A stretch of DNA of 64,000 bases. Source: Devosia equisanguinis (GTDB lineage Bacteria; Pseudomonadota; Alphaproteobacteria; Rhizobiales; Hyphomicrobiaceae). Where the stretch lies: contig CAMDBL010000001.1 in NCBI GenBank assembly GCA_945889015.1, forward strand, positions 2,951-66,950. Reading direction: 5' to 3'. The notes beneath the pieces are model-generated. The model did no database searches. It was not told where the DNA came from and saw only the letters and a program-made list of their open reading frames with translations. Within the stretch, counting starts at the first letter, position 1; the number at the start of each line of letters is the position of its first letter. Both the position numbers and the translations under genes were made by a program. Shown piece after piece: positions 48,127 through 56,441 of this stretch.

Positions 48127-48906
48127 TCACGACCACTTCCCCGGCCGCTTCTCCGCGAACGACGTCAGCCCTTCCACGGCCTCGGCCGATTGCCGCTTGT
48201 TGGCGTGGCTGCGGATCAGATCCTCGAATTTCGACACGCTCATCTGGCCCGCCGCCTCGTCGAGCGCCGTCGCTTTGGTCTCGGCGATGGCGATGGGCGC
48301 GTTCTCCAGCAACGCCTTGACGATCCGTTCGCCGGTCGCCTCCAGCTCGGCCGCCGGCACCACCTCGTGCACGAGGCCGATGCGATGGGCCTCGGCCGCG
48401 CCGAACCGCTCGCCGGTCAGCGCGTAGCGGCGCACCTGCCGCACCCCGATCGCGTCGCAGAGTTGCGGGATGATGATCGCCGCCGTCAGGCCCCAGCGGA
48501 TTTCCGAGATCGCGAACTTGGCATCCTCGGTGGCGACGACGACATCGGCGGCCGCCAGCAGTCCGGTGCCGCCGCCGACGCAGAAGCCCTGCACCAGCGC
48601 CACGGTCGGCAGCGGCAGCTTGTTGAAGCGGTCGACGGCCTCGGCGGTGGCGCGTGAAATGCGCTCGTTCTCCTCGGGTGAAGATACACGCACGGCGTTG
48701 ATCCACTTGAGGTCTGCGCCGGCCTGGAAGTGCTTGCCCGCACCCTTGACCACGACCGCGCGCAGGCCCGTCTGCTTGCCGAGGACGTCCATCGCCTCGT
48801 GCAGGCCGAGGATCAGGCTGCCGTCATAGGCATTGTTGACCTCGGGCCGGTTGAGCACGACCGTGGCTACACCGCGCTCATCGACACTCCACACCACAGG
48901 CTGCAT
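48127..48906 (-). CDS. enoyl-CoA hydratase/isomerase family protein
   Basis: Crotonase fold: KHFQAGADLKW, GFCVGGG, and ALTGERFGAAEA. Confidence 0.85.
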   Translation of the reverse strand: MQPVVWSVDERGVATVVLNRPEVNNAYDGSLILGLHEAMDVLGKQTGLRAVVVKGAGKHFQAGADLKWINAVRVSSPEENERISRATAEAVDRFNKLPLPTVALVQGFCVGGGTGLLAAADVVVATEDAKFAISEIRWGLTAAIIIPQLCDAIGVRQVRRYALTGERFGAAEAHRIGLVHEVVPAAELEATGERIVKALLENAPIAIAETKATALDEAAGQMSVSKFEDLIRSHANKRQSAEAVEGLTSFAEKRPGKWS

Positions 48907-48981
48907 CGGGTACCTCTCGGGGATGATGGTGGGGTAAATGCCGCCGTGGGGCAGGCCGGGTCAAGGGCTACGCTCAATCGG

Positions 48982-49013
48982 CTCGTCACCCCGGCGAAAG
49001 CAGGGATGACGAG
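48982..49013. repeat. short REP-like hairpin
   Basis: CTCGTCACCCCGGCGAAAGCAGGGATGACGAG. It shares the GTCAYCCCGGC core with the 32308-32440 element. Confidence 0.5.
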
Positions 49014-49077
49014 GTTTGGGACGGCTGCCGCCACGCCTGCCTTGCACCCTCACCCCCGCTCCGCCTATCTCTACCCC

Positions 49078-49512
49078 ATGACCGACACCACGCTCGACGC
49101 CATCCGTGACGACTTCACCCTGCTCGACGACTGGGAGGACCGCTATCGCTACGTGATCGAGCTGGGGCGGGGTCTCGCGCCGCTCGCCGAGACGGATCGC
49201 ACCGAGGCCAACAAGGTCAGGGGATGCGCCAGCCAGGTGTGGCTTTCGACCGTCGTCGACCGCGCGGGCGGCGAGCCGGTGATGCGCTTCACCGGCGACA
49301 GCGACGCCCACATCGTGCGCGGCCTGATCGCGATCCTGCTGGCGACCTACGACGGCAAGCCCGCCGCCGATATCCTCGCCCTCGACGCGCTCGCCATCTT
49401 CGATACGCTCGGCCTCAAGGAGCACCTGACGCCGCAGCGCTCCAACGGCCTCTCCTCGATGGTCGAGCGCATCCGCCGGGATGCGGCCGACGCGGTGACC
49501 TCGGTCGGCTAG
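49078..49512 (+). CDS. sufE: SufE family cysteine desulfuration protein
   Basis: ATG 49078 (MTDTTLDAIRDDF). Conserved Cys context KVRGCASQVWL. Confidence 0.85.
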   Translation: MTDTTLDAIRDDFTLLDDWEDRYRYVIELGRGLAPLAETDRTEANKVRGCASQVWLSTVVDRAGGEPVMRFTGDSDAHIVRGLIAILLATYDGKPAADILALDALAIFDTLGLKEHLTPQRSNGLSSMVERIRRDAADAVTSVG

Positions 49513-49525
49513 CGTATTTTGGTTT

Positions 49526-50082
49526 CTAGGCGGGCTCGCCGCCGCCGCCCGGGGTGGGTCGGTAGCCGTCCGCACCCCAGTGGCGGATGCGGGCGGGGCC
49601 GGGACTCGCGCCCGAGCCCAAAAGCCCGTAGTGGCGGGCGAGGCTTTGCAGTGCGAGCTGCAACACGACCTTGGCCGAGCGCAGCGGCCAGCCTTGTGCC
49701 TTCTCCGCGGACTCGAGCCCTTTCAGGTAGCAGCAGACATCGACCAGGATGCCGGCGAGCTCGGGGCCGACCGCATCGAGCGCGCGGCGCACCCGCTCGC
49801 GGGCGGCGAGCGCGTTGTCGGTGAGGTCGCCGGCCGAGTTGGACGAGGCGCGCGGGCGTCCGTCATGGGCGCCGACCGGCGACCAGCGCGCGGTGACGCT
49901 CGGCATCAGCTGGCCGAAGGTGAAATCGGTCCTTAGCCGCTCGCCAGCCTCGAACTCAGTGGCCGATATCATCGGGCGGCCGTCCTTGTCCTTGCGCCGG
50001 GCAGCCAGGCGAGCGGGCTCTCGTCGGGATCGAGGCCGGGCCGGGCATCGGGTCGGGCGGGCATCGCGGTCTTTCGGGTCAT
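49526..50082 (-). CDS. DUF6456-type protein, apparently interrupted by a one-nucleotide frameshift near 50000
   Basis: The downstream frame (49526..49972 and upstream to about 50000) encodes ...[27 protein letters not shown].... A second frame from ATG 50082 encodes [27 protein letters not shown] and stops at 49969. Third-position GC bias switches frames at about 50000. Confidence 0.55.
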
Positions 50083-50123
50083 CGGTTCTCTCGGCGGGGG
50101 GGCGGGCGGAGTTGGAGCGGCGC

Positions 50124-50537
50124 TCAATTCCAGAGCGGGAGGTCGCTGCTGCGCGGTGCCAGGATCGCCGGCAGGATGCTTTCGAGCAGCTCCAGCACGC
50201 GGTCGAACACCGTGTTGTCGCGGAGATCCTCGACCACCGTGCAGGCATGCGCCACGGTGGTGCGGTCGCGTCGGAACAGTTCGCCGGTCTCAGACAGGGA
50301 CAGGCCGAGCACGACGTGGGTGAGGTACATCGCCACCTGCCGGGCCTGGGCGACATCGGCGCGGCCGCGGCTGAGGCGCCGGAGCTCGCGGGCATGTACG
50401 CCGAACACCTGCGCCACCGTGCTCTCGATCAGCTTGCGGCGGGGCGCGAGAGGCGGTGGACCGGCGGCGGTCAGACCGGGATGGACGGAGCGGAAAGGCT
50501 CGGTCGAGGGTTCCATTTCGGGACGGGCCGCGGGCAT
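50124..50537 (-). CDS. DnaA domain IV-like helix-turn-helix protein
   Basis: 137 aa. RADVAQARQVAMYLTHVVLGLSLSETGELFRRDRTTVAHA resembles the DnaA C-terminal DNA-binding domain. Confidence 0.7.
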   Translation of the reverse strand: MPAARPEMEPSTEPFRSVHPGLTAAGPPPLAPRRKLIESTVAQVFGVHARELRRLSRGRADVAQARQVAMYLTHVVLGLSLSETGELFRRDRTTVAHACTVVEDLRDNTVFDRVLELLESILPAILAPRSSDLPLWN

Positions 50538-50848
50538 GGGCAGTGCTCCGTTTCGCTTTCGGACCAGGCGATGAAGCGGAGTGCGAGATCCGTTCCATCG
50601 CTGGGCCCAATTCTACAGCGTACGGGGACAGCGGGGATAACTCGGAAAAAAGTCAGAAAAATACCGTTATGTCAGCATGTTGCAGCCCTGGAGACGCAAC
50701 TCCGGGCCGTCCGCGGCAACTGCTGTTTCGCCCCATCCCTCCCCATCCCTCCTGTCGAGGGGGAGGGGGGGCTCTCATATGCGATTGGACTGCGGCCTGC
50801 TCGTTGGTGTTGACGGCAGTGGACCGATGGCGCGCAGGGGCGTCGGGA

Positions 50849-52531
50849 TCACATGCCCGGATAGTTCGGTCCGCCACCGCCTTCGGGCACCGTCCAGTTG
50901 ATGTTCTGGCTCGGGTCCTGGATGTCGCAGGTTTTGCAGTGGACGCAGTTCTGGGCGTTGATCTGAAACCGCTTGGAGCCGTCGGCCTCGGTGATCACCT
51001 CGTAGACCTGGGCGGGGCAGTAGCGCTGCGCGGGCTCGGCCCATTCCGGCAGATTGACCGAGATCGGAATGGTCGGATCCTTGAGCTTCAGATGGACCGG
51101 CTGGTCCTCCTCGTGATTGGTCGCGGAGAACGAGACGTTGGTGAGCCGGTCGAAGGTCAGCACGCCGTCGGGCTTGGGGTACTCGATTGGTTTGACCTGC
51201 GATGCCCGCTTGATCGAGGCCGCATCGTTCTTGCCGTGCTTCAGAGTGTAGCCGAGGCCGATGCCGGGGATGACGGTGTTGAGCCACATGTCGAGGCCGC
51301 CGAGCGCGACGCCGGCCACGGTGCCGAAGCGCGACCACATCGGCTTGACGTTGCGCACTTTCTTGAGGTCGCGGCCGATCGGCCCCTCGCGCACGTCGCG
51401 CTCGTAGGCGGTCAACTCGTCGTGCTGGCGGCCCGCGCCGATCGCGGCGAAGGCGGCCTCGGCGGCGTGGATGCCCGACAGGATGGCGTTGTGCGAGCCC
51501 TTGATGCGCGGCACGTTGACGAAACCCGCCGAGCATCCGAGCAGCGCGCCGCCGGGGAAGGTGAGCTTGGGCACCGACTGCCAGCCACCCTCGGTGATCG
51601 CGCGGGCGCCGTAGGAGATCCGCTTGCCGCCCTCGAACACGTCGCGGATGGCGGGATGGGTCTTGAAGCGCTGGAACTCGTCGTAGGGCGAGAGATACGG
51701 ATTGTCGTAGTTCAGATGCACCACGAAGCCGACGGATACGAGGTTGTCGCCGTAGTGGTAGAGGAACGAGCCGCCGCCGGTCTTGAGATCGAGCGGCCAG
51801 CCGAACGAGTGCTGCACGAGGCCCTTCTGGTGCTTCTCCGGCGCGATCTGCCAGAGCTCCTTGAGGCCGATGCCGAACTTCTGCGGCTCGCGGCCGTGCG
51901 ACAGATTGAAGTCGCGGATCAGTCCCTTGGCGAGCGAGCCGCGCGCGCCTTCCGCGATCAGCGTGTACTTGGCGCGCAGCTCCATGCCGCGCACGAAGCT
52001 GTCCTTGGGCTTGCCATCCTTGCCGATGCCCATGTCGCCGGTGGCGACGCCCACGACGGCGCCGCTCTCGTCGCGCAGGATCTCGGCGCCGGCAAAGCCT
52101 GGATAGATCTCGACGCCAAGCTCGGCCGCCTGCTCGCCGAGCCACTTGGTGACCGCACCGAGGCTGACGATGTAGTTGCCGTGATTGTTCATCAAAGGCG
52201 GCATGGCGAAGTTCGGCAGGCGCATTACGCCGGCAGGTCCGAGCACCAGGAATTTGTCCTCGGTGACCGGCGTGTCGATGGGTGCGCCTTTCTCCTTCCA
52301 GTCGGGAATCAGCCGGTCGAGGCCGACGGGATCGATCACCGCGCCCGAGAGGATGTGCGCCCCGACCTCGGAGCCCTTCTCGATGACCAGGACGGAAATT
52401 TCGGTGTCGGCGGCCAAGGCGAGCTGGCGCAGGCGGATGGCGGCCGCAAGTCCGGCCGGGCCAGCGCCGACGATCACGACGTCGAATTCCATTGCCTCGC
52501 GGGCTGGCAGCTCGGTCTCGCTCTCCGCCAT
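50849..52531 (-). CDS. electron transfer flavoprotein-ubiquinone oxidoreductase
   Basis: ATG 52531 (MAESETELPAREAMEFDVVIVGAGPAGLAAA). C-terminal 4Fe-4S motif NCVHCKTCDIQDP. The 260-aa 5' extension in the ORF track is artefact. Confidence 0.9.
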   Translation of the reverse strand: MAESETELPAREAMEFDVVIVGAGPAGLAAAIRLRQLALAADTEISVLVIEKGSEVGAHILSGAVIDPVGLDRLIPDWKEKGAPIDTPVTEDKFLVLGPAGVMRLPNFAMPPLMNNHGNYIVSLGAVTKWLGEQAAELGVEIYPGFAGAEILRDESGAVVGVATGDMGIGKDGKPKDSFVRGMELRAKYTLIAEGARGSLAKGLIRDFNLSHGREPQKFGIGLKELWQIAPEKHQKGLVQHSFGWPLDLKTGGGSFLYHYGDNLVSVGFVVHLNYDNPYLSPYDEFQRFKTHPAIRDVFEGGKRISYGARAITEGGWQSVPKLTFPGGALLGCSAGFVNVPRIKGSHNAILSGIHAAEAAFAAIGAGRQHDELTAYERDVREGPIGRDLKKVRNVKPMWSRFGTVAGVALGGLDMWLNTVIPGIGLGYTLKHGKNDAASIKRASQVKPIEYPKPDGVLTFDRLTNVSFSATNHEEDQPVHLKLKDPTIPISVNLPEWAEPAQRYCPAQVYEVITEADGSKRFQINAQNCVHCKTCDIQDPSQNINWTVPEGGGGPNYPGM

Positions 52532-52682
52532 GTCGGGTTCCAATCCTGTCCGTGTCTTTCCGCATCGAAGGTGCGATTTCGTTTGAACCGGGATGCCCAC
52601 ACCGTCAAGCCTTGCGAGCAAATCGGCCGGCAGCCATGCAGGGGGGCGTGAAATCCAGGGCGGTCTCGGGTAAGAACGGGGG

Positions 52683-53630
52683 ATGATGGATATCCAGGAT
52701 CGCGAGGTGCTGACGGCCTGGCTCGCATGGCAGGTGGCCATGGGAGCGGAGGCGGCTGTCGGTGAGGAGACGATCGACTGGCTCGCCCGCGGTCCCGCCG
52801 TGCCGGGCGAAGGGCTGGTGTTCGAGGCGCCGGCCGCGGCAGTCGCATCGCCCGCCGCGTCCGCTCTGTCGCCGGCTGCACGCGCTCCGGCGGCAGCCAT
52901 GCCCGTCGTCCGGACGGCGTTGCCGGCGGCGTCGAGACCACCGCTTCCTGCGGGGCCAGCACCCGCGAGGCCTGCGCCAGCGGCTGCGGCGCAGCCCGCG
53001 TCCGCCCGGCAGTTCCCGACCGCTGCGCCGGACGCGGCCGAGGCGAGCGCCCGCAGGCAGGCGGCCGGCGCACAGAGCCTCGCCGAGTTGCAGGCCCTGC
53101 TGGCCGGTTTCGATGGATGCGCGCTCAAGGCGACCGCCAAGAGCCTCTGCTTCTTTCGTGGTGCCGAGAAAGCCGCGATCATGTTCATCGGCGAGGCCCC
53201 CGGTCGCGAGGAGGACCTCGAGGGCAAGCCGTTCGTCGGTCGCGCCGGCCAGTTGTTCGACAAAATGCTGATGGCGGCGGGGCTGACCGAGGCCGACGTC
53301 CACATCACCAACGTCGTCTACTGGCGTCCCCCCGGCAACCGCACGCCGACGCTGCAGGAGGTCCAGGTTTGCCGCCCGTTCATCGAGCGGCAGGTCGAGC
53401 TGGTGGCGCCGCGGTTCGTCGTGCCGCTCGGGGGTGCCGCGGCCAAGGCGATTCTGGAGATTGCCGACGGGATCACCAAGGCGCGTGGCAAGTGGCACGA
53501 CGTTGCCGTCGGACGTCACCCCTGCCGGGCGCTCGCCATGCTGCATCCGGCCTTCCTGCTCCGCACCCCCTCGGCAAAGCGACAGGCCTGGCGCGATCTG
53601 CTCGCCTTGAAGGCCGCTGCAAAAGGTTGA
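52683..53630 (+). CDS. uracil-DNA glycosylase, family 4, with N-terminal extension
   Basis: GEAPGREED, FVGRAGQL and HPAFLLR motifs in the C-terminal 170 aa. There is a short conserved-looking N-terminal segment plus an Ala/Pro-rich linker. Confidence 0.85.
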   Translation: MMDIQDREVLTAWLAWQVAMGAEAAVGEETIDWLARGPAVPGEGLVFEAPAAAVASPAASALSPAARAPAAAMPVVRTALPAASRPPLPAGPAPARPAPAAAAQPASARQFPTAAPDAAEASARRQAAGAQSLAELQALLAGFDGCALKATAKSLCFFRGAEKAAIMFIGEAPGREEDLEGKPFVGRAGQLFDKMLMAAGLTEADVHITNVVYWRPPGNRTPTLQEVQVCRPFIERQVELVAPRFVVPLGGAAAKAILEIADGITKARGKWHDVAVGRHPCRALAMLHPAFLLRTPSAKRQAWRDLLALKAAAKG

Positions 53631-53805
53631 GCATTCCTTGCGCGGTGTGCCTCCGATGTGGCCCACATAGACAAGTGGATGTTGACCGAAAGCGCGCAAT
53701 TTGATCCAGCCGCTTAAACGGACCCAAGCGAATCGCGTGTACATTGTAAAACTACGCGACGGCGGAGGGATCGCTGTCGAGAGATCAACATTCGCGGTGG
53801 TTCAC

Positions 53806-54303
53806 ATGAGCACGGGCATCGTCTACCTCAGGCCGTCTCCGGTTCTCTTCGTGCGCGCGCGTGGTCTCGCGCAGACTGCCTCCTCCGAGGCCTGGAGCAA
53901 GCTGCTGTCGTGGGCCGAGGCCAAGGGTGCGCGCGGCGATATCGTCCGGTCCTATGGCCTGCTGCGCGATCATGCCGGGGCGACCGGCGCGTTGGAGTGC
54001 CGCTACGATGCCTGCATCGAGGCGCCCGCCGATCTCGTCGAGGACCCGGTTGCTGGTATCGGCATGCAGATGCTGCCGGGCGGCGCCTACGTTCGCCATC
54101 GCCATACCGAAGGCCGCGACAAGATCGCCACGGCGCTGCAGTGGCTGTGCAGCGAATGGGCTCCGGGCCGCAACATGGGCGTCGATGCAGCGCGGCCGAT
54201 GCTCGAGGTCTACCTCTGCGATCCGCTGAAACCGGCCAATGGCCGACTGCGGATGGACATCTGCGTGCCGGTCGCGGCCGCATCGAACCGCCGCGTGGCG
54301 TAG
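53806..54303 (+). CDS. GyrI-like small-molecule-binding domain protein
   Basis: ATG 53806 (MSTGIVYLRPSPVLFVRARG). The two-repeat GyrI-like pattern ends in ...MLEVYLCDP...LRMDICVPV. Confidence 0.65.
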   Translation: MSTGIVYLRPSPVLFVRARGLAQTASSEAWSKLLSWAEAKGARGDIVRSYGLLRDHAGATGALECRYDACIEAPADLVEDPVAGIGMQMLPGGAYVRHRHTEGRDKIATALQWLCSEWAPGRNMGVDAARPMLEVYLCDPLKPANGRLRMDICVPVAAASNRRVA

Positions 54304-54359
54304 CCGTTCTGGAAATCGGTCGGCAAGTACTCCCGCGATAGAGTACTCCCGCGATAGGT

Positions 54360-54387
54360 GGGCGACGCAAGCGGGCTCGCGTCGCCC
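54360..54387 (+). terminator. GC-rich hairpin downstream of the GyrI-like gene
   Basis: GGGCGACGC-N10-GCGTCGCCC, a 9-bp perfect stem with no T-run. Confidence 0.3.
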
Positions 54388-54515
54388 GGCGGACACCCGG
54401 CCTCCCCCGAAGCCCGTCCGCAACCCTACGGTGGCCGAGCGCAATGCACGCCACCTTCGAACGAAGTGTTGCAGATCGGAGCGAGGCTGACAAGCGGCTG
54501 TCTGATGATCTCCTT

Positions 54516-55187
54516 CTAAGGTCGCATCGCGATCGTCTCGGCTGCGTCGAGATCACGATATCCGGCATTGCTGGAGACGTCGGGGAGTGCTCGGACGTCG
54601 GCCTCGGTCAACGTCGAAATCAAGCGATCCCCATTATGACGCAAGCTGTCGATCTGTAGGGCGACGAGCTTTTCACCGATCCCGAGGAAGCCGCCTGCGA
54701 CGATCAGCACATAGCGCTTGTCATCGGGCCCGCGCACGACGCGGCGGACCTCGCCGAGGCGTTCCTTGTCGTTCCAGACCGCAATCGACTTGAGCTGCGT
54801 CGCGCCGACTTCACGTGTCGATGGTGTCGATGGTGTTGATGGTGTCGACGGTGGGGAGGTGGCGGTGCCCTGGACGGTGGAGGCGGCCGGACCGGGGAGG
54901 GCCGGCGTCGTGGCTGATGGGCGGTCGCCGAGTTCTATGCGCTGGAGGGCAAGGCGGCACGACGACTGGTCGCCGCGCCGCTGGTATTCGCGCGCCTGGG
55001 CCAGCGTCACTGGGCCCGTCTTGTCGCCGCTGCTCTCGAGCGCGTTGGTCAGGCTCGTGCAGGCGTCGCCGCCGGTCTGCGCCATCTCGTGGGGCTTGGT
55101 CGTCCCGGGCTCGAGCGAGAGGGCGGGTGTAGCGACGCTCGCCATCAGCAAACCCAATGCCGTCGCAGGCCGCGCGAATATGATCAT
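54516..55187 (-). CDS. secreted PRC-barrel domain protein
   Basis: Signal peptide MIIFARPATALGLLMASVATPALS, an S/T/P-rich linker, and a C-terminal PRC-barrel pattern (...VIVAGGFLGIGEKLVAL...). Confidence 0.7.
   Translation of the reverse strand: MIIFARPATALGLLMASVATPALSLEPGTTKPHEMAQTGGDACTSLTNALESSGDKTGPVTLAQAREYQRRGDQSSCRLALQRIELGDRPSATTPALPGPAASTVQGTATSPPSTPSTPSTPSTREVGATQLKSIAVWNDKERLGEVRRVVRGPDDKRYVLIVAGGFLGIGEKLVALQIDSLRHNGDRLISTLTEADVRALPDVSSNAGYRDLDAAETIAMRP
54815..54850. repeat. 9-bp x 4 in-frame tandem repeat
   Basis: GTGTCGATG GTGTCGATG GTGTTGATG GTGTCGACG, encoding (STP)n on the minus strand within the PRC-barrel gene. Confidence 0.8.
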
Positions 55188-55271
55188 TCCAATGCCTCCG
55201 GACACCCTCGTATCCCCAGATGTCCGGCAAACCGCGCCAGGGCAGTGATCGTTCCCCGTTACGGGCGAGCA

Positions 55272-56393
55272 TCAAGCCCTGGGCACGATGCCGGCGGGAT
55301 CGGTGAACGTCTGGCCGAGCGCTTGGGCGACCGCGGGATGCGTGATCCGGCCGGCGTGGATATTGAGGCCGGTGCGCAGCCAGGGATCGGCGGCGACCGC
55401 CTGCAGGGGACCCTTGTCGGCGAGCGCCAGAAGGTACGGCAGCGTGGCGTTGTTGAGGGCGAAGGTCGAGGTACGTGCCACCGCGCCTGGCATGTTGGCG
55501 ACGCAGTAGTGCACCACCTCGTCGACGACGTAGGTGGGGGCCGCATGCGTCGTCGGTCTCGACGTCTCGGCGGTGCCGCCCTGGTCGATGGCGATGTCGA
55601 CGATCACCGAGCCGCGCCGCATGTCCTTGACGTGTTGGCGCGTGATCAGCTTGGGTGCGGCGGCGCCCGGCACCAGCACGGCGGCGATGACGAGGTCTGC
55701 GACGAGTATTTGCTCTTCCACCGCCGCCCGGGTGGAATACAGCGTGGTGACGGCGGGACCGAACTGCTGCTTGATGGCGTAGAGCCGCTCCAGGTTGATG
55801 TCGAGGACGGTGACATCGGCCTCGAGGCCGACCGCCATGTGCGCGGCGTTCCAGCCCGCCACACCCGCGCCGAGCACGACGACCTTGGCCGGGGCGACAC
55901 CGGCGACGCCGCCGAGCAGCATCCCGCGCCCGCCCTGCTCCGTCTCCAGGCAATGGGCGCCACAATGCACGGACATCCGGCCCGCGACCTCGCTCATCGG
56001 CGCCAGCAGCGGCAGCCCGCCGCGCGGCGAGGTGACGGTCTCGTAGGCGATGGCCGTGACGCCCGACGCCAGCAGGGCCTTGGCTTGCGCAGGGTCGGGG
56101 GCGAGATGCAGATAGGTGAAGAGCGTCTGCCCCTCGCGCAGCATCCGGCACTCGGCCGGCTGCGGCTCCTTCACCTTCACGATCAGGTCTGCGGAGGCGA
56201 AGATCTCGGCTGCGGTCGATGCGATCCGGGCGCCGGCGCGAAGATAGTCGGCGTCGAACAGACCGATGCGGCCCGCGCAGTCGGTCTCGACCAGCACTTC
56301 GTGTCCGTGCGCCACCGCCTCGCGCACCGAACCGGGGGTCAGTCCGACGCGGTACTCGTGGGTCTTGATCTCCTTGGGCACGCCGATCTTCAT
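55272..56393 (-). CDS. ald: alanine dehydrogenase
   Basis: MKIGVPKEIKTHEYRVGLTP and NAD motif VVVLGAGVAG. 373 aa. Confidence 0.9.
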   Translation of the reverse strand: MKIGVPKEIKTHEYRVGLTPGSVREAVAHGHEVLVETDCAGRIGLFDADYLRAGARIASTAAEIFASADLIVKVKEPQPAECRMLREGQTLFTYLHLAPDPAQAKALLASGVTAIAYETVTSPRGGLPLLAPMSEVAGRMSVHCGAHCLETEQGGRGMLLGGVAGVAPAKVVVLGAGVAGWNAAHMAVGLEADVTVLDINLERLYAIKQQFGPAVTTLYSTRAAVEEQILVADLVIAAVLVPGAAAPKLITRQHVKDMRRGSVIVDIAIDQGGTAETSRPTTHAAPTYVVDEVVHYCVANMPGAVARTSTFALNNATLPYLLALADKGPLQAVAADPWLRTGLNIHAGRITHPAVAQALGQTFTDPAGIVPRA

Positions 56394-56441
56394 GGCCGTC
56401 TCCCCGTCATTCGATAATGGAGAGGTGGGGTGGGCTTGGCC

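Noticed and set aside
52532-53311. 260-aa N-terminal extension of the ETF-ubiquinone oxidoreductase ORF (track ORF 50849..53311).
   Set aside because: The extension is low-complexity Ala/Gly/Pro and runs antisense through the uracil-DNA glycosylase gene. ETF-QO homologues begin just before the FAD GxGxxG motif, which fits ATG 52531.
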